The notes under the pieces were generated by a model. It worked only from the letters and a program-made list of their open reading frames with translations. It was not told the origin of the DNA and did no database searches. From Eledone cirrhosa (lineage: Eukaryota), in NCBI GenBank assembly GCA_964016885.1, contig OZ024742.1, positions 170,934,001 to 170,998,000 on the forward strand: DNA of 64,000 nt, in the 5' to 3' direction. Positions 45,963-64,000 of this stretch are shown here, piece by piece. Numbering within the stretch: position 1 is the first letter of the stretch; each line of letters opens with the position of its first letter. A program made the translations under genes and the position numbers.

Positions 45963-46975
45963 TATGGAGGATAAACGAGACACTAAATTCATACAGTTCG
46001 ACATAGAGCTACTATGCTTCAATCACCTTACCGCTACTTACTGCCGCCTTGGACTTCGCCGAAACACTTGTGCCCATCACCGACCAGGAAAGAAAAATCA
46101 TCCTCCACGCCAGGAAGACAGTCTTACTCTTTGACGACTCTAAATGGATAAAAAGAGCTCCCGACTCACCCTTCGACGTCAGCATGGGCGCCACGGATTC
46201 GGCGGAGGTCACAGATCTTATAGGATTATTCCTAATAGCCAAACTCACTGATGTTTCCTGCATTCGGTGGTGGATTGTACCGTGATGATGGGCTCCTTAC
46301 CCTTAAAGGGTACAACCCCAGTAGTACAGATCGGGTCCGGAAACAATTAATCAGCTTCTTCCGCGACTGGGGATTTAAAATAACCCTACAAACGTCCCTG
46401 ACCCGAGTAAACTTCCTGGACGTGACCCTCGACCTCGAAAACGACCTGTACTACCCATACAGGAAACCTAATGACAACCTGCACTACATCCACCGCCGAT
46501 CAAACCATCCTAGGAACATCACAAACAACCTGGTCAAAAACATCTCCCTCCGCATATCCCGTTTGTCAGCTAATGAGCGGATATTCGATGAACATGCGCC
46601 TTATTACAACCAGGCCCTCAAGCGGAGTGGTTTCTGGGAGGAAATATCCTACTGTCCAGCTCCCATTAGCGGAACCAGCAGGAGACACCGCCGCTCACGC
46701 AATGTAACATGGTTCAATCCTCCCCACAACGCGGAGGTGACAACTCCCATCGGGAAACTATTCTTTAGGCTCATTGAAAAACACTTCCCACTACAACACC
46801 GCTACCACAACATAATTAACAAAAATACCATCAAACTCTCTTACAGCACTACACCAAACTTCGCACAAAACATCGTCTCCTCTAACAACAAAAAACTCAA
46901 CCCCGATGGCAGAAATAACCTAAATAGCAGTGGAGAACCGACCAGGAGGTGTAACTGTCCGGATAGATCCTTGCC
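45963..46975 (+). pseudogene. Family E RT with two frameshifts, truncated at the CNC motif before GIY-YIG
   Basis: KFIQFDIE/YYASIT, MGATDSAEVTDLIG, GLYRDDGL, VNFLDV, WFNPP and RCNC; homologous to family A. Confidence 0.88.
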
Positions 46976-47394
46976 TAATCCGTCCCACCTAGTTCATTTA
47001 CTTATTTCGTTATTTCTTTATTTCTTTCTTTACTTCTTTCTTTCTTTATTTATTTATCTAGCCTAACAATAGCTAGAGACTTAGGTCGTAGAACTTGCTT
47101 TACTTTTTTCTTTACACTTATTCGCTTTTCTTCACTCTCAGTATTTTTTCTTTCATATATATTTTTACCCCTCATTGTTCTACCTACTGTTCCGACCTCC
47201 TCCTCCTCCCCCTCCCCAGTATCTTCTTTGACCTCATGCCCAGCTGTAGCTGGCACTACCAACGCTTGATTGGGTCTACTCCACTCCCTCTCCCCTTTCT
47301 CCTACTGGCAGGTTTAGCCACCATCTCCCCTACTAATTTGCAATCACAGAATTACTACTGACTTTTGACAATCACTTTGACCATATATGGAATT

Positions 47395-47488
47395 ACCCCT
47401 TGAGAAGATCGGCTATTTAAATACCAGGATAAATTTTCATTTAGTCCAGAATTAGCCGTCGAAACGGCTTGAGCTCAGCCGTCGGGGT
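47395..47488 (+). ncRNA. Type I hammerhead, U3-A8 core variant with long stem II (family E)
   Basis: ACCCC TTGAGAA GA-t-CGGCTA...TAGCCG-TC GAA ACGGCT tgagctc AGCCGT C GGGGT; GUC triplet. Confidence 0.78.
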
Positions 47489-47498
47489 CTTACTGGTT

Positions 47499-47537
<39 letters not shown>

Positions 47538-48270
47538 ACTTAGAGTTTACACTCAATGGGGTCATTTACAATTATTTCAGCTCTAAGAATCGCTTCTGAG
47601 CAGTGTAAATTAATATATGATAAACATTTACATGTTTTAGTTGCAATTGACTAGAATGAAATATCTTAATTCAAATACATAAAGTTTGCCTGTACGATCT
47701 AAAAAAATAATAAATCAATACTCACAAACCCATATGGGCAAAAGGCCTTGGTACCTAGGCACGTTTAAATTTCAAAATACAAACTTTTTCCGCAGATCGG
47801 TCAGAACTTCAAACTTTAAACATGTTTCACAAAGGATGGTAAAATATGGTACAGGCATTGGTGGGCCATTGTTTTGGTTGAGAGGGTGAAATGACTAAGC
47901 GAATTTCGTTGAAATCTGCGGTGGCTCCCTTCGGACATGCGCTTGCGCAGGCCGGTGGGGGTGAATTGGTACTCACAAGGGAGCGGATGAAAAACCCCAA
48001 AACACGCAATTCATCCGTTCCCATGTCGATCCAATTTGGATTGCCTCGGAAACATAACCTTATTATGTAACAAGCTGTCTGATGATGACACGACACTCGT
48101 ACACAGAACAGTGTGGCCAGTGTCGTCACTGAAATATATATCACAGCATTATTATTAAAGGACTTGAACATATGAAACTACTTGGCTTTTCCTTATTCGA
48201 TATTTACTCCGTCACTCCTATGTGGAAAAAGTACGTTGAGTGCTTGAATTGAATTGCATCAATGTTTACC

Positions 48271-49210
<940 letters not shown>

Positions 49211-49882
49211 TTTATTAAAATGTCAGATTAAAGTTTCTGTTATTAATCTGTTATTTTAATAAATATTTGCTCTACGGTTCATATATTTAAAATATATATT
49301 TATCCTTATCGAGCTCTCTTTGGATTTTAGTCTTCAAATTTATTATTATTATTATTACTATATATATATATGTGTGAGTATGTATACATAAATATATATA
49401 TATTCATGTGTGTATATACCCATATACAAACTTACATAAACTCTCACACATAAAATGGTGAACAAAAGATGTGAATTCATCTGTATTAAGGGAATGAGAA
49501 AACTCACACAACTTCTGTTATACAGTAATACAGACATAGTCAATTCCATTTTCTACAGATTTGCTTAATACACTCAGGAAATTGACGTTCACCAAGATTA
49601 TACACATAGAAGCACATACACATATAAGTATACATACTCATACATAAACATGCACGTACACCAATAATTTATGTAACACTTTTTCCAATCTTCCATATAA
49701 GAATATGCTTCATGCCTTTCTAGGAATGTATATATATAGCTAACGTAAAACGAGGAACCAAGGTTGTTAATCAAATTTCATCTTTAATCTTTACAAGTGT
49801 TTCAATATATTCTGTCGACTTTATTAACGTATTGAGCTTAACGCACCACCTTACCAAAAGAAGAGTGGATTGCTCCACTCAT

Positions 49883-49919
<37 letters not shown>

Positions 49920-49944
49920 TTGTATATATAGATATATGTACAAA

Positions 49945-50006
<62 letters not shown>

Positions 50007-50509
50007 CATACATGTATACATATATGTACGTGTGTACAGACATATATCAATCAATTGAATCGATCGACAAGATCGCAGGCTTCAATCATAATCATTTTTC
50101 CAGTGGGGTGAACTCGTCAAGAATGTTTCCATTGGTCTTCCCATTGATGATACTATCTACCGGTCGCAACTCCTGGAAGAAAGAGCAACGTCAAATAAAG
50201 CATCTTGAATCGCCAGATCCGGGAAACGTGTAATATATACACGCATACATACATACATGCATATATATATATAATATAATAATAAAATACATACACATAT
50301 TCAAATGTATATGTGTGTGCGGTGTCCGCCTTAACAAGTTTTGCTCGATGATCTTTTTTCTGAGCGGTCTCACAGCGATGATGTATTTTTATAGTGCAGA
50401 AAATATTACACACGGATTAGCGAAACTGCAGTCGGGACTTTGAAGAAGAAAAAATAGGTATATTTTTGTCTATTATTTCCTCATATATTGTAATTTGATA
50501 TATATATAT

Positions 50510-50700
50510 ATAGGAAAATGTTTAACCCCGATGTCAGAGCTAAAGCCGTTTCGACGGCTTGAGCTCTGCCGTCGGGGTTAAACATTTTCCTATTACCCAC
50601 TCTACTATCCTAAGTATTGAGTACTCTGGTGCGTTATGGTCCATCCTAAGTATTGAGTACTCTGGTGCGTTATGTTCCTTACCACACCTCCTTCGTTATA
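50510..50700. mobile_element. Miniature fold-back related to the family E 3' end
   Basis: Palindrome 50510-50593 made of two HHR 3' halves, then an E-like tail with a duplication of about 37 bp; flanked by TA. Confidence 0.78.
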
Positions 50701-50780
50701 TATATATTTAAATCGACGCACTGTAGCAATGGCACTGTTCAATGATGTTGAGAGGATTTATCCTCGGGCGACAGGATATA

Positions 50781-50829
<49 letters not shown>

Positions 50830-51234
50830 TATTGGTCATTTCATATAAAACCTGAAATGATGTTTTCTTTAGTCTTTCTTTGATGATGAGTTGGCCACTA
50901 ATTTAATGGTTATGTATCTTTAGCATCTAAGCAATAACTGTACCGATTGATTTTGAGGTGGGGATTTAATAGTATTTATTGATTTTCATTATAAAGAACT
51001 AGTTCTTCAAGACGGTGTTTGTTTTTATTGAAAAACGTCTTACGGGTAAACGGTTAAAATCGTCTTAAAGAACAGAACCGTATTCATATAGGTCTGTCTA
51101 TGTTAGAACATTAACAGTTATTGTTTTTCATTTCCTTTACGAGGAACTGGTCATTTCATATAACTATATATTTGGGGGTGTATATTTTACAATAAAATCT
51201 CATCAATTCCTGTCATTTAGGGTTTAGACCGGAT

Positions 51235-51525
51235 CGATAATTATATATCTGTTTGATTTGATCAAATATTGGCCCTGGCATGATCTAATGAGTTACAAGT
51301 AGTTAGGAATTGGTCGGGATCTATAATTATCTCTGTGTATGATCTAATGAGTTCCAAATAGGTAGACATTGGTTTTGATCTCTAATTATATATCTGCGTG
51401 GTGACTAGATGAGTTACAAGTAGGTAAGAACTGATCATGATCTATAATTATATATGTGTGATCTAATGAGTTATAAGTAGGTAGGAACATGTTCTAATCT
51501 ACAGTTATACATCTGTATTATCTGA
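51235..51525. repeat. Degenerate minisatellite of about 60 bp (4-5 copies)
   Basis: GATCTATAATTATAT.TGTG..TGATCTAATGAGTTACAAGTAGGTAGGAA recurs at about 60-bp spacing. Confidence 0.75.
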
Positions 51526-51649
51526 TCAGTTGCAGGCACTTGGCATTTGCATATTGAATCGTTTGACCCGTCTCTTGATATATCTTCAAGAATGTCTCCA
51601 TATAATTCAAAATGATGTCATTCTTTTACAGCTTTCACTCATTGAACTG

Positions 51650-53917
51650 ACTTCGAAAAGATCATAAAACGAGCAGTGACCCTGTCACAGGACCACCAAC
51701 ACGGCCAGTCTGTGGAGCTAACATTGCTAGTTACTACAGATTTTTCTACTTCCTCTCCCTGATCATACGCCCCATCATTGAAATGTCCCCAGATATATGT
51801 GACAGCACGGAGGACCTCCTCAGCAGAATCAGCGAAAATAACCGATCTAGGGACCTAAGAGACTGTATAATAGGTAGTATGGATGTTGTGTCCCTATATC
51901 CATCCATTGACGTGGATTTTGCTGTGGAGAAATGCGTAGAAATGATCAGTGAGAGCAATGTTGAATTCCATGGGATTGATACCAGTGAGCTGGGACTCCT
52001 ACTTAAACTTACCTATATTAATGATTATCTAGATACATATGACCTTAGCAACCTGTGCCCTACAAGACCAGCAAGAGGCAGACCACCTACCATTACCTCA
52101 ATGGCCAAGAAAACCCACACAGAAAGATGGAACGGGTGGACCAGAGCCATACGGACCCCCGAAAACCACGATGAACTAAAGAAAATGATTGCACATGCTG
52201 TGGGGACCAGTATAAAATTAACCCTCAAGGAACATATGTTCAAATTGAATGGAAAAACATATGCCCAAGAGGAGGGAGCAGCCATTGGTGTTAGCATTGC
52301 AGGTGACATAGCTAACCTATTCATGGTATGGTGGGACAATAGACTTATACTTAAACTTAAAGAACAATTAGAAGACAGCAAACTCTTAACCCTGATAATG
52401 TACTCCCGCTACCTTGATGATATAAACATCATAGTAAAAACATCCCTAGGAATTAGAGAAAAACACCATGGAAAGCATCCAGCAAATAGCTAACTCCATC
52501 CACCAGAGTATTAGAGTTACTATAGATTACCCAAGCAAACACCTCAACCATCGATTACATGTACTAGACACAGAGCTCTGGTTAGAAACCATTAATAACA
52601 AAAAACAAATCCTCCATTCCCATTATGCCAAACCCATGACTTCCAAATATCTGATCCACCGAAACTCAGCTGTTTCGGATCACACAATAAAATCAACATA
52701 CTGATTGCGGTTTTGGTACGGGTGATCAGAAACGTGTCCCGCATGTGCAACCCCAAAGAACTAGAGAGACACATACAGCACTTCATCCACCGTATGCAGT
52801 TCTCTGGTTACAACCAGAGAGATAAAATCAGAGTATATAGAGGAGCCAGAACCAAATGGGAAAAAATGGTAAATAATGATACAAATGGGACCTGCCCCTT
52901 GTATATGAGCAAATTTTGGAATAGAATAGAAAGAACTAGGAATAAGGTTAATAGAATAAACTCATGGTATGATAGCAATAAATACCAGAGTGTAATGTTC
53001 ATCAACACAACCCCTAGAGGTGAATTAGCTTACAAATTTAGAAGGGCCCTAGATAAACATAAACTTAATATTAAGATAGTAGAAAGACCAGGTACCTCCG
53101 TAAAAACACTTATTAGCAATACATACCCTTTTCAAAGACCTCCCTGTATAGATAAGAAATGCTTCATCTGTAAACTAAGCCCCCATATTAACTGTAAAAC
53201 TAGAAATGTAGTATATAGCATAAGATGTACTGACGGACAATGTAAGGATAAGAATATAGTGTACATAGGTGAGACAGCTCGTAGCATAAGAGAACGGTTA
53301 AATGAACACTGGCGAGAACTTCAAGATAAAAAGAATCATCAATACTCCACCAACATACTAAAATAGAACATAAGGGCAAATTAGAGAACATAGAAATAAA
53401 AATAGAATCTACACACAGAAAAGACGCAATGTTTAGACAAATCACAGAGGCAATAAACATAAATGAACTCCAACCAAAATTAAATATAAAACATGAATGG
53501 AATAGCAACATCACAACTTACAATTAAGGACAAAATGAAAACACACACACACATAGAACAAACAACTAACTAGTAACATGTAAATAAACAAATAAAAACA
53601 CACACATACACCCGGATGTAACACATGCGCAAACTAAGCACACAACACACACAAAAACAAGATGGCGTAGGACAGAACAAAGGAGAGGCACAAAACAAAG
53701 AAAAGAATCCCAGTCACTGAAGAGGTCACAGAATGTGTGACGAAAGAACTTTGACAATATATGAACAACCGCTCGGTTATGGGACCAACCAACCAACATG
53801 AAATTTATAAATTCATAAATTTATAAATTTAAATTTAAATTTAATTTATAATAAATTGAAGTTTACAACTGGTGCGTGTGTTTCTTACTGGCAACATGAC
53901 CCTCTCAAAGCATAACA

Positions 53918-53921
<4 letters not shown>
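51650..53921 (+). mobile_element. Degenerate 5'-truncated PLE family C copy (RT, GIY-YIG, pLTR, tail)
   Basis: ORF pieces 51783-52493, 52468-52704 and 52713-53366 are homologous to the family B protein (GSMDVVSLYPS, RYLDD, YIGETAR). Ends ATAACAATAT into TA. Confidence 0.92.
53713..53755 (+). ncRNA. Minimal type I hammerhead (family C)
   Basis: GTCA CTGAAGA G GTCACA GAATG TGTGAC GAAA GAAC TT TGAC. Confidence 0.72.
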
Positions 53922-53954
<33 letters not shown>

Positions 53955-54156
53955 TTTGTCCACAAACTTACTATGATAATATTATGCAAGAATACAGGGG
54001 ATAATAACAACTAAAATAAAAAGGAACAAGAGCGACATGGTCGCAGTAAATTTGCGAATGCTGGGATATGACAAATTGGGCATTGAAGAAAACAGAAGAG
54101 AGAAGAGAAAGTTATAGAAAAGTAAGAATGTGACGGAGAGAAAAAGTAAAAAGATA

Positions 54157-54219
<63 letters not shown>

Positions 54220-54779
54220 AGACTATATTCATAGTGTTGTCAGTGACAGTGATAGGAAGTTTCTGCAGAGTCCATCAATCTATAATTGTATTGAGCGTGG
54301 TAATCCCAGGCATTCCTTTCACGTCATTAACATTGACTCATGGGATATGCGTTGGTTAATATTAGGTTGTTACTATTTCTTTATAGGTTTTTGCTATTTA
54401 TGTGGTATTTGTTGTCGGGTATGTATTGCGTTATGTGTTCCTTAATTTAAGGGATTATTCAGACTTAAATTCCCCCTATATGATACATAGTTATGTGAGC
54501 GACCTTGCATTGATTATAAATGCCATTTTATTTTGAAAGCTGTACAATACTTAGGTCTTCGTTGTAATAATCTACGTATCCATTGAAAATCATCTAAAGA
54601 ATACCGTAATTGAAAAAGTGAGATTTTCAGGAACTCCCTACATTAAAAAATAAAAATATTTAATCCCATCGTGGAAACACCAACCCTATTGTCACAGTAA
54701 CTCCCACACAAAGACCTCCAATATAGGTCAACTTAAGTTTGACCAACATATGAGTGACTTCTGAGAGTTTATAAGTGTT

Positions 54780-54861
54780 CTTATATCGAATTCTAGTGAT
54801 TATCTACTGCAGTATATTTTCTTATATCGAATTCTAGTGATTATCTACTGCAGTATATTTT
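54780..54861. repeat. 41-bp perfect tandem duplication
   Basis: CTTATATCGAATTCTAGTGATTATCTACTGCAGTATATTTT twice. Confidence 0.9.
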
Positions 54862-55331
54862 CACAGAAAGATAGGTTCTACTGAAAAATGGACAGAACAA
54901 AAATCAATACATCCGTTCTTCTCAATTTTAGAGGTGTTAATTGTTGTTGGAAAATTTTCAGCTATTCGCCTTTAACATGATTTCATAATTTTAGTTCGGA
55001 TTATTGCAATAGCCCAATATATCCTTTAACAAAATCACTGAATAATCTTTTTGTTACCAGTAACGGGTCAAGTATAAGATAGCTCATAATAAAATCCGAT
55101 AGCATTTACCAAAGCACTTGAGAATATTCCTGGTCATCGTATTAGAGTTATCTCCCTTTCAGAAACTGCTAACAGGTACCGAGACGCCGACAACAAAAAG
55201 TGATCTGAGCTGAAAAATAAGAACAAGTTAAAACTTACCTTGTTTCAAAAATATGATCGATTCAGCACTCAGAAGAAACATTTTCATTAACTATCATGTT
55301 TATCACACATGTCAAATTTCAAGTAACGCAG

Positions 55332-56123
55332 TAGGGTTAGGGTTTTGGTAAATTTTAAGGTTAATGTTAGGGATAGATTTAAGGTGTAAGGTTAGGGTTA
55401 GAGTTTTGGTGTGGGTTAGGGTTAGGTTTAGGGTTAAGGTTAGAATTAGGTTAGTGTTAGGGTGAGGGTGAGGGCTAGGATTAGGGTTAAGGTTAATGTC
55501 AGGGTTATGGTTAAGCTTAGGGCTAAGGTTAGTGTTAAAGTTCTGGTTAGGGTTTCGGATAGGATTAGTGCTACGTTTAGGGTTAGAGTTAGCGTTAGGG
55601 TTAGGTTTGGGTAAGGATTAGGGTAAGTGCATAGGTTTTAGGGTTAAAGTTAGGATTTCGGGTTTCGGGTTTCTGGTTTCGGATTAAGGTTAATTTTAGG
55701 GTTTAGGGTCAGTGTTAGATATATGGTTTAGGGTTAGTTAGGGTTATTGTTATTAAGAGCAGTGTCTAGGTCCTGGCTAGCATCACTATTACGGATAGGG
55801 TTACGGTTTTGGTTAGTGTTAAATTTAGGATTAGGGTTAGCGTTAGTGTTAAGGTGAGGGTTAGATTTAGGGGTAGGGTTTAGGGTTAATGTTAGCTTTT
55901 GGTTTAAGGGTTAGGCTTAGGGTTAGTGTTAGTGTTTAGCGTTAGGGTTAGATTTAAGTTTAGGGTTACGGCTAGTTTTAGGGTACTGTTTAGGCTTAGT
56001 GTTATGGTTATGGTTAGTGTTAGGTTTTGGGTGAGTGTTTGGGTTAGTGTTAGAGTTAGTGTTAGGGTTAGTGTCAGAGTTATGTTTAGGAATACTGTTA
56101 AAGTTACTTTTTGGTTTAGTGTT
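55332..56123 (+). repeat. Degenerate interstitial (TTAGGG)n-like tract
   Basis: About 790 bp of TTAGGG/TTAGTG/TTAAGG hexamer variants. Confidence 0.88.
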
Positions 56124-56247
56124 AATGCACTGAGGTAATTGCTGGCCTTGTGCCAAAAGTAGAAGCAACTATTATTCACTGTATCAACAGCTTTTATTTT
56201 TTTAATACAGATTATAAGAAAAAAATCGTCTATTTGACTAATTGCTT

Positions 56248-56333
56248 ATCTTCTTCTTCTTCTTCTTCTTCTTCTTCTTCTTCTTCTTCTTCTTCTTCTT
56301 CTTCTTCTTTTTCTTCTTCTTCTTCTTCTTCTT
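56248..56333. repeat. (CTT)n microsatellite
   Basis: Visible directly. Confidence 0.95.
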
Positions 56334-56691
56334 GGCCCACTTATTCCTGGCAGGTTCGTGGGTGCATCACCCCCAAGCATGCCTTTTAGCGTGTCCAGTC
56401 AGAACAAACAGTCACCAATTGATCCGACAGAATACCCAAGCGAAACAAGCTTATGGGTGTTATTCAATTATTTGCACTGCGTCTTTCCCCGTGTCTCCTG
56501 CCGGCTCGTTTTCCAGTAAAATATTTTCCGCAATTCTATCCAGAATTCTGATTCTTAGTACCTGCTTGTACAGCAAATGCAAAAAGTAAGCCTCCTTGTA
56601 AGCCTCCTTCTTTGCTCAGGTGGCCTCTTGATTGAACCAAGGGATCATCCTGCCGCCGTTTCCATACAAAGTCACTTTCGCCTGCATTATT

Positions 56692-56885
56692 TAAGGCGGT
56701 GGATTGGTAGTATCGGTAGAGGGTCGGACACCAGACTTTGACGCATAGAGTTACGGCCCTTGCCATTCTGAGTTCAAATCTCGACGAGGTTAACATTGCC
56801 TTTCATTCTTACGGGGTCGATAAATAAAGTACCAGTAATGCACTGGGTAATTGCTGGCCTTGTGCCAAAAGTAGAAACAATTATT
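56692..56885 (+). mobile_element. tRNA-derived SINE (cephalopod-type)
   Basis: AAGGCGGTGGATTGGTAGTATCGGTAG...GAGTTCAAATCTCG...TTGCCTTTCATTCTTACGGGGTCGATAAATAAAGTACCAGT...TGTGCCAAAAGTAGAAACAATTATT. The 3' part recurs at 56125-56177. Confidence 0.7.
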
Positions 56886-56931
56886 TAAGAAGTGAAGTAG
56901 AAACTGTGGGTTTTCGTGGCTTTATGTAGTG

Positions 56932-57335
56932 TCCGGTTGCAGATATCTAGATGGTGGTTAGTTGAGAGCTCAGATCTTCTCTTAACACGATCATACAGCA
57001 GATAATCACAGAGATCAGGGACAATAACAAAATCATTTACTGATCTCTATCAGCGACTTTCTTTATACGATGTTATTAATAGATATCTTCGTACTGGACG
57101 AAGATCCCATAACTAGAAAAGAAGTCTAATAAACCCCTCCTTTCTTATTTGGTTCGAGATCGCCGTTTCTTCAAATCGCTGCATTTCATGTCAGGTGGTC
57201 AGTGCTAACATGTGTATTGAACTATTCCATTAAGATATATGACTGAGTCTTAACTTTATCTAACGCTGCAGTTACTTTATTAAGGAAGGATCTGTATTCG
57301 GACTCAGTTTGGCGCATAAATTTGGAAGCGTAAAC
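56932..57335 (-). pseudogene. Degenerate APE endonuclease (C-terminal part) of an RTE/Expander-like LINE
   Basis: Frame-broken translation gives YAPN..EY..FL, FNTHVSTD, LLDF, DFVIV and RVKRRSELSTNHHL (a TDH-type motif). Confidence 0.65.
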
Positions 57336-57879
57336 TTCTCGGAAGACTGTTTTGGCAGAGAACGCGTCACTTTTGGCAGATAGTGACACAACTGCCAGAT
57401 ATAATGGTTAGTTGTGACATAAACGGGATCCTACCAGATGAATAAGGAGCCCCGGACCAACAGCGATAAACTACAAGGGTGGATGATGAAATGGGTGTCA
57501 CTGTTAGCTTCCAAGAAAACGCTCACAACTCACTGATGTAGCTAGAATGTGGTGATTAAAGGCCACCTTTAAAAAAAAGACTAGCCTCCGTGGGTGTGAG
57601 AAAAGAACCAGATTCGTGACTGGCGCGAATAATATCACCAAATACTGCAATATGGTTAGATGCAATAAAAACATTTAGGTCGACCGCATCTTCCTTTGCA
57701 CGGGGTAATAATTGACGTGTTTAAGGCTTTAGATAGAGAGGCCTGTTCGAAAAACCTATTGTAGTCTTCATCCAACACTGTACGAACTGGCGATGTGCAT
57801 ACGAACTCCCATCGAAGGCGTGAGATGGATGCACAAACGTTGCGTATCCTGAGACCTCGAAAAGAGTCCAGAAAGAGTA

Positions 57880-58002
57880 AAATGTCAACTGTTAGCAACT
57901 AGAATGTCACAAGGCTCACTGCTGGCTAGATATAGTTGGGGTTTCAGCAACAAAGTCCCGTGGCTTTGGTACTGAAGATTTGGATAGAGGATGGAAACTC
58001 CG
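57880..58002 (+). pseudogene. Degenerate APE endonuclease (N-terminal part) of the same LINE type
   Basis: ...NVT.L...LDIVGVSATKSRGFGTEDLDRGWKL. Confidence 0.55.
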
Positions 58003-58629
58003 CTGTTAACGTGTGGTGCGAAAAGTAACTGCACAGACAGGAATGGGGATACTATCGAGTACCCGGTTGCGGGAAGGTGTTATGGATAGGATATGTATAA
58101 TAAAATAGATATGGTTTTATAAATATAGTTTCCATTTGTTAATATCGTATTATATATATATATATATATATATTATATTAATAAAAACAATGAATAAAAA
58201 CAAAGAAACAGTTCCTTATATTAAAAAATTCATCATTTTACGATCGTTTCTAGGATATAAATGTGTGTGTTGGTATGTATATCATATAGATCTATGTGAA
58301 AAATGTTACAAATTATCAGAGGGAATATACATATCTACACATATATATGCTGTCTTCAGAAATAAAATATATATATATATATAAATATATAGAACTTTAA
58401 TTGTAATTGGGCAAGGCAAATAACTAAAGAAACAAAAATAGTCGTTAGTAAGTTAATGATTTATTTCCAGAATAAACTTTTAAAAATACATATTTAAAAA
58501 AAAGCAACAACATAGACTCACCAAAAAAACGTACAGTTTATTTTTTGGGACTATATGTGCTGCCTGTTTTACAACTTGTTTTTTTTTATCTTTTCTGTAC
58601 TAAACTTATATATCAAATATCTAAATGTA

Positions 58630-63470
<4,841 letters not shown>

Positions 63471-63824
63471 TGTTTTATAGGGAGTTTCAATTTTTTTCTT
63501 TTTTATCTTCAATGATCAGTAGTATAATTTCTAAAAAATAGTCTTGATAATTTTTTGTATTAAATTTTTGAAATGTTTTTCTTTTTCAATAATTGCTTTT
63601 TTTTTTTTATTTCGCTTTATGTTCTCTGTTTGTTTGTGTAACCATTGATGAAAGTTTCAAAAACATGACACAAGAAGTCGAGTAATGCCGTAGAATTTCT
63701 CCACCTGCATATATATATAGCGCCATACTGAAAAGAAAAAAGACACACAATCGCATCACGAAAAAGTTTTCTTTAACAACTAACCTGACCTCTGAAGGCA
63801 AATCGGCGTATTTTTTTTTTTTCA

Positions 63825-63826
<2 letters not shown>

Positions 63827-63873
<47 letters not shown>

Positions 63874-63892
63874 ATTATTATTATTATTATTA

Positions 63893-63948
<56 letters not shown>

Positions 63949-63965
63949 CTTGTTGTTGCTGTTGT
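63827..63965. repeat. (TTA)n followed by (TTG)n microsatellite
   Basis: Visible directly. Confidence 0.92.
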
Positions 63966-64000
63966 TTCTTATATTCCTGGTGTTGCTTCCTCTTATTGTT

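Noticed and set aside
45963-46300. Selenocysteine recoding or programmed frameshifting in PLE ORFs
   Set aside because: The breaks I examined are indels rather than in-frame TGA at conserved Cys. No SECIS was recognisable, and the family B indels differ between copies.
51235-51525. CRISPR-like periodic repeat
   Set aside because: Degenerate tandem units without unique spacers, no cas genes, and a eukaryotic context.

Overview
This is AT-rich, microsatellite-dense animal genomic DNA; the repeat repertoire suggests an octopus or other cephalopod (inference). It contains no recognisable host gene and has one 200-N assembly gap. The window is dominated by Penelope-like retroelements (PLEs; RT plus C-terminal GIY-YIG endonuclease). 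Four families are coding: Hydra-like A and E, and Neptune/Nematis-like B and C. Three non-coding families (D, F, H) carry type I hammerhead ribozymes (HHRs). Six insertions (A, B, two of C, E, F) and probably D are fold-backs whose two 3' ends point outward and end in (TA)n through short AT microhomologies. The main hidden structure is a small Helitron-like element that carries an HHR-like module and an internal (TA)n tract. One copy (1-757) is empty. Another (11616-40928, minus) has been expanded to about 29 kb by a nested stack of PLEs. Several HHRs have non-canonical cores (U3-A8 covariation, A4, U10.1-U11.1, an extra nucleotide after A9). Also present are tRNA-derived SINEs, RTE-type LINE relics, Tc1/mariner-like MITEs and a degenerate (TTAGGG)n tract. 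All folds and alignments were made by eye, so boundaries are approximate to a few nt.
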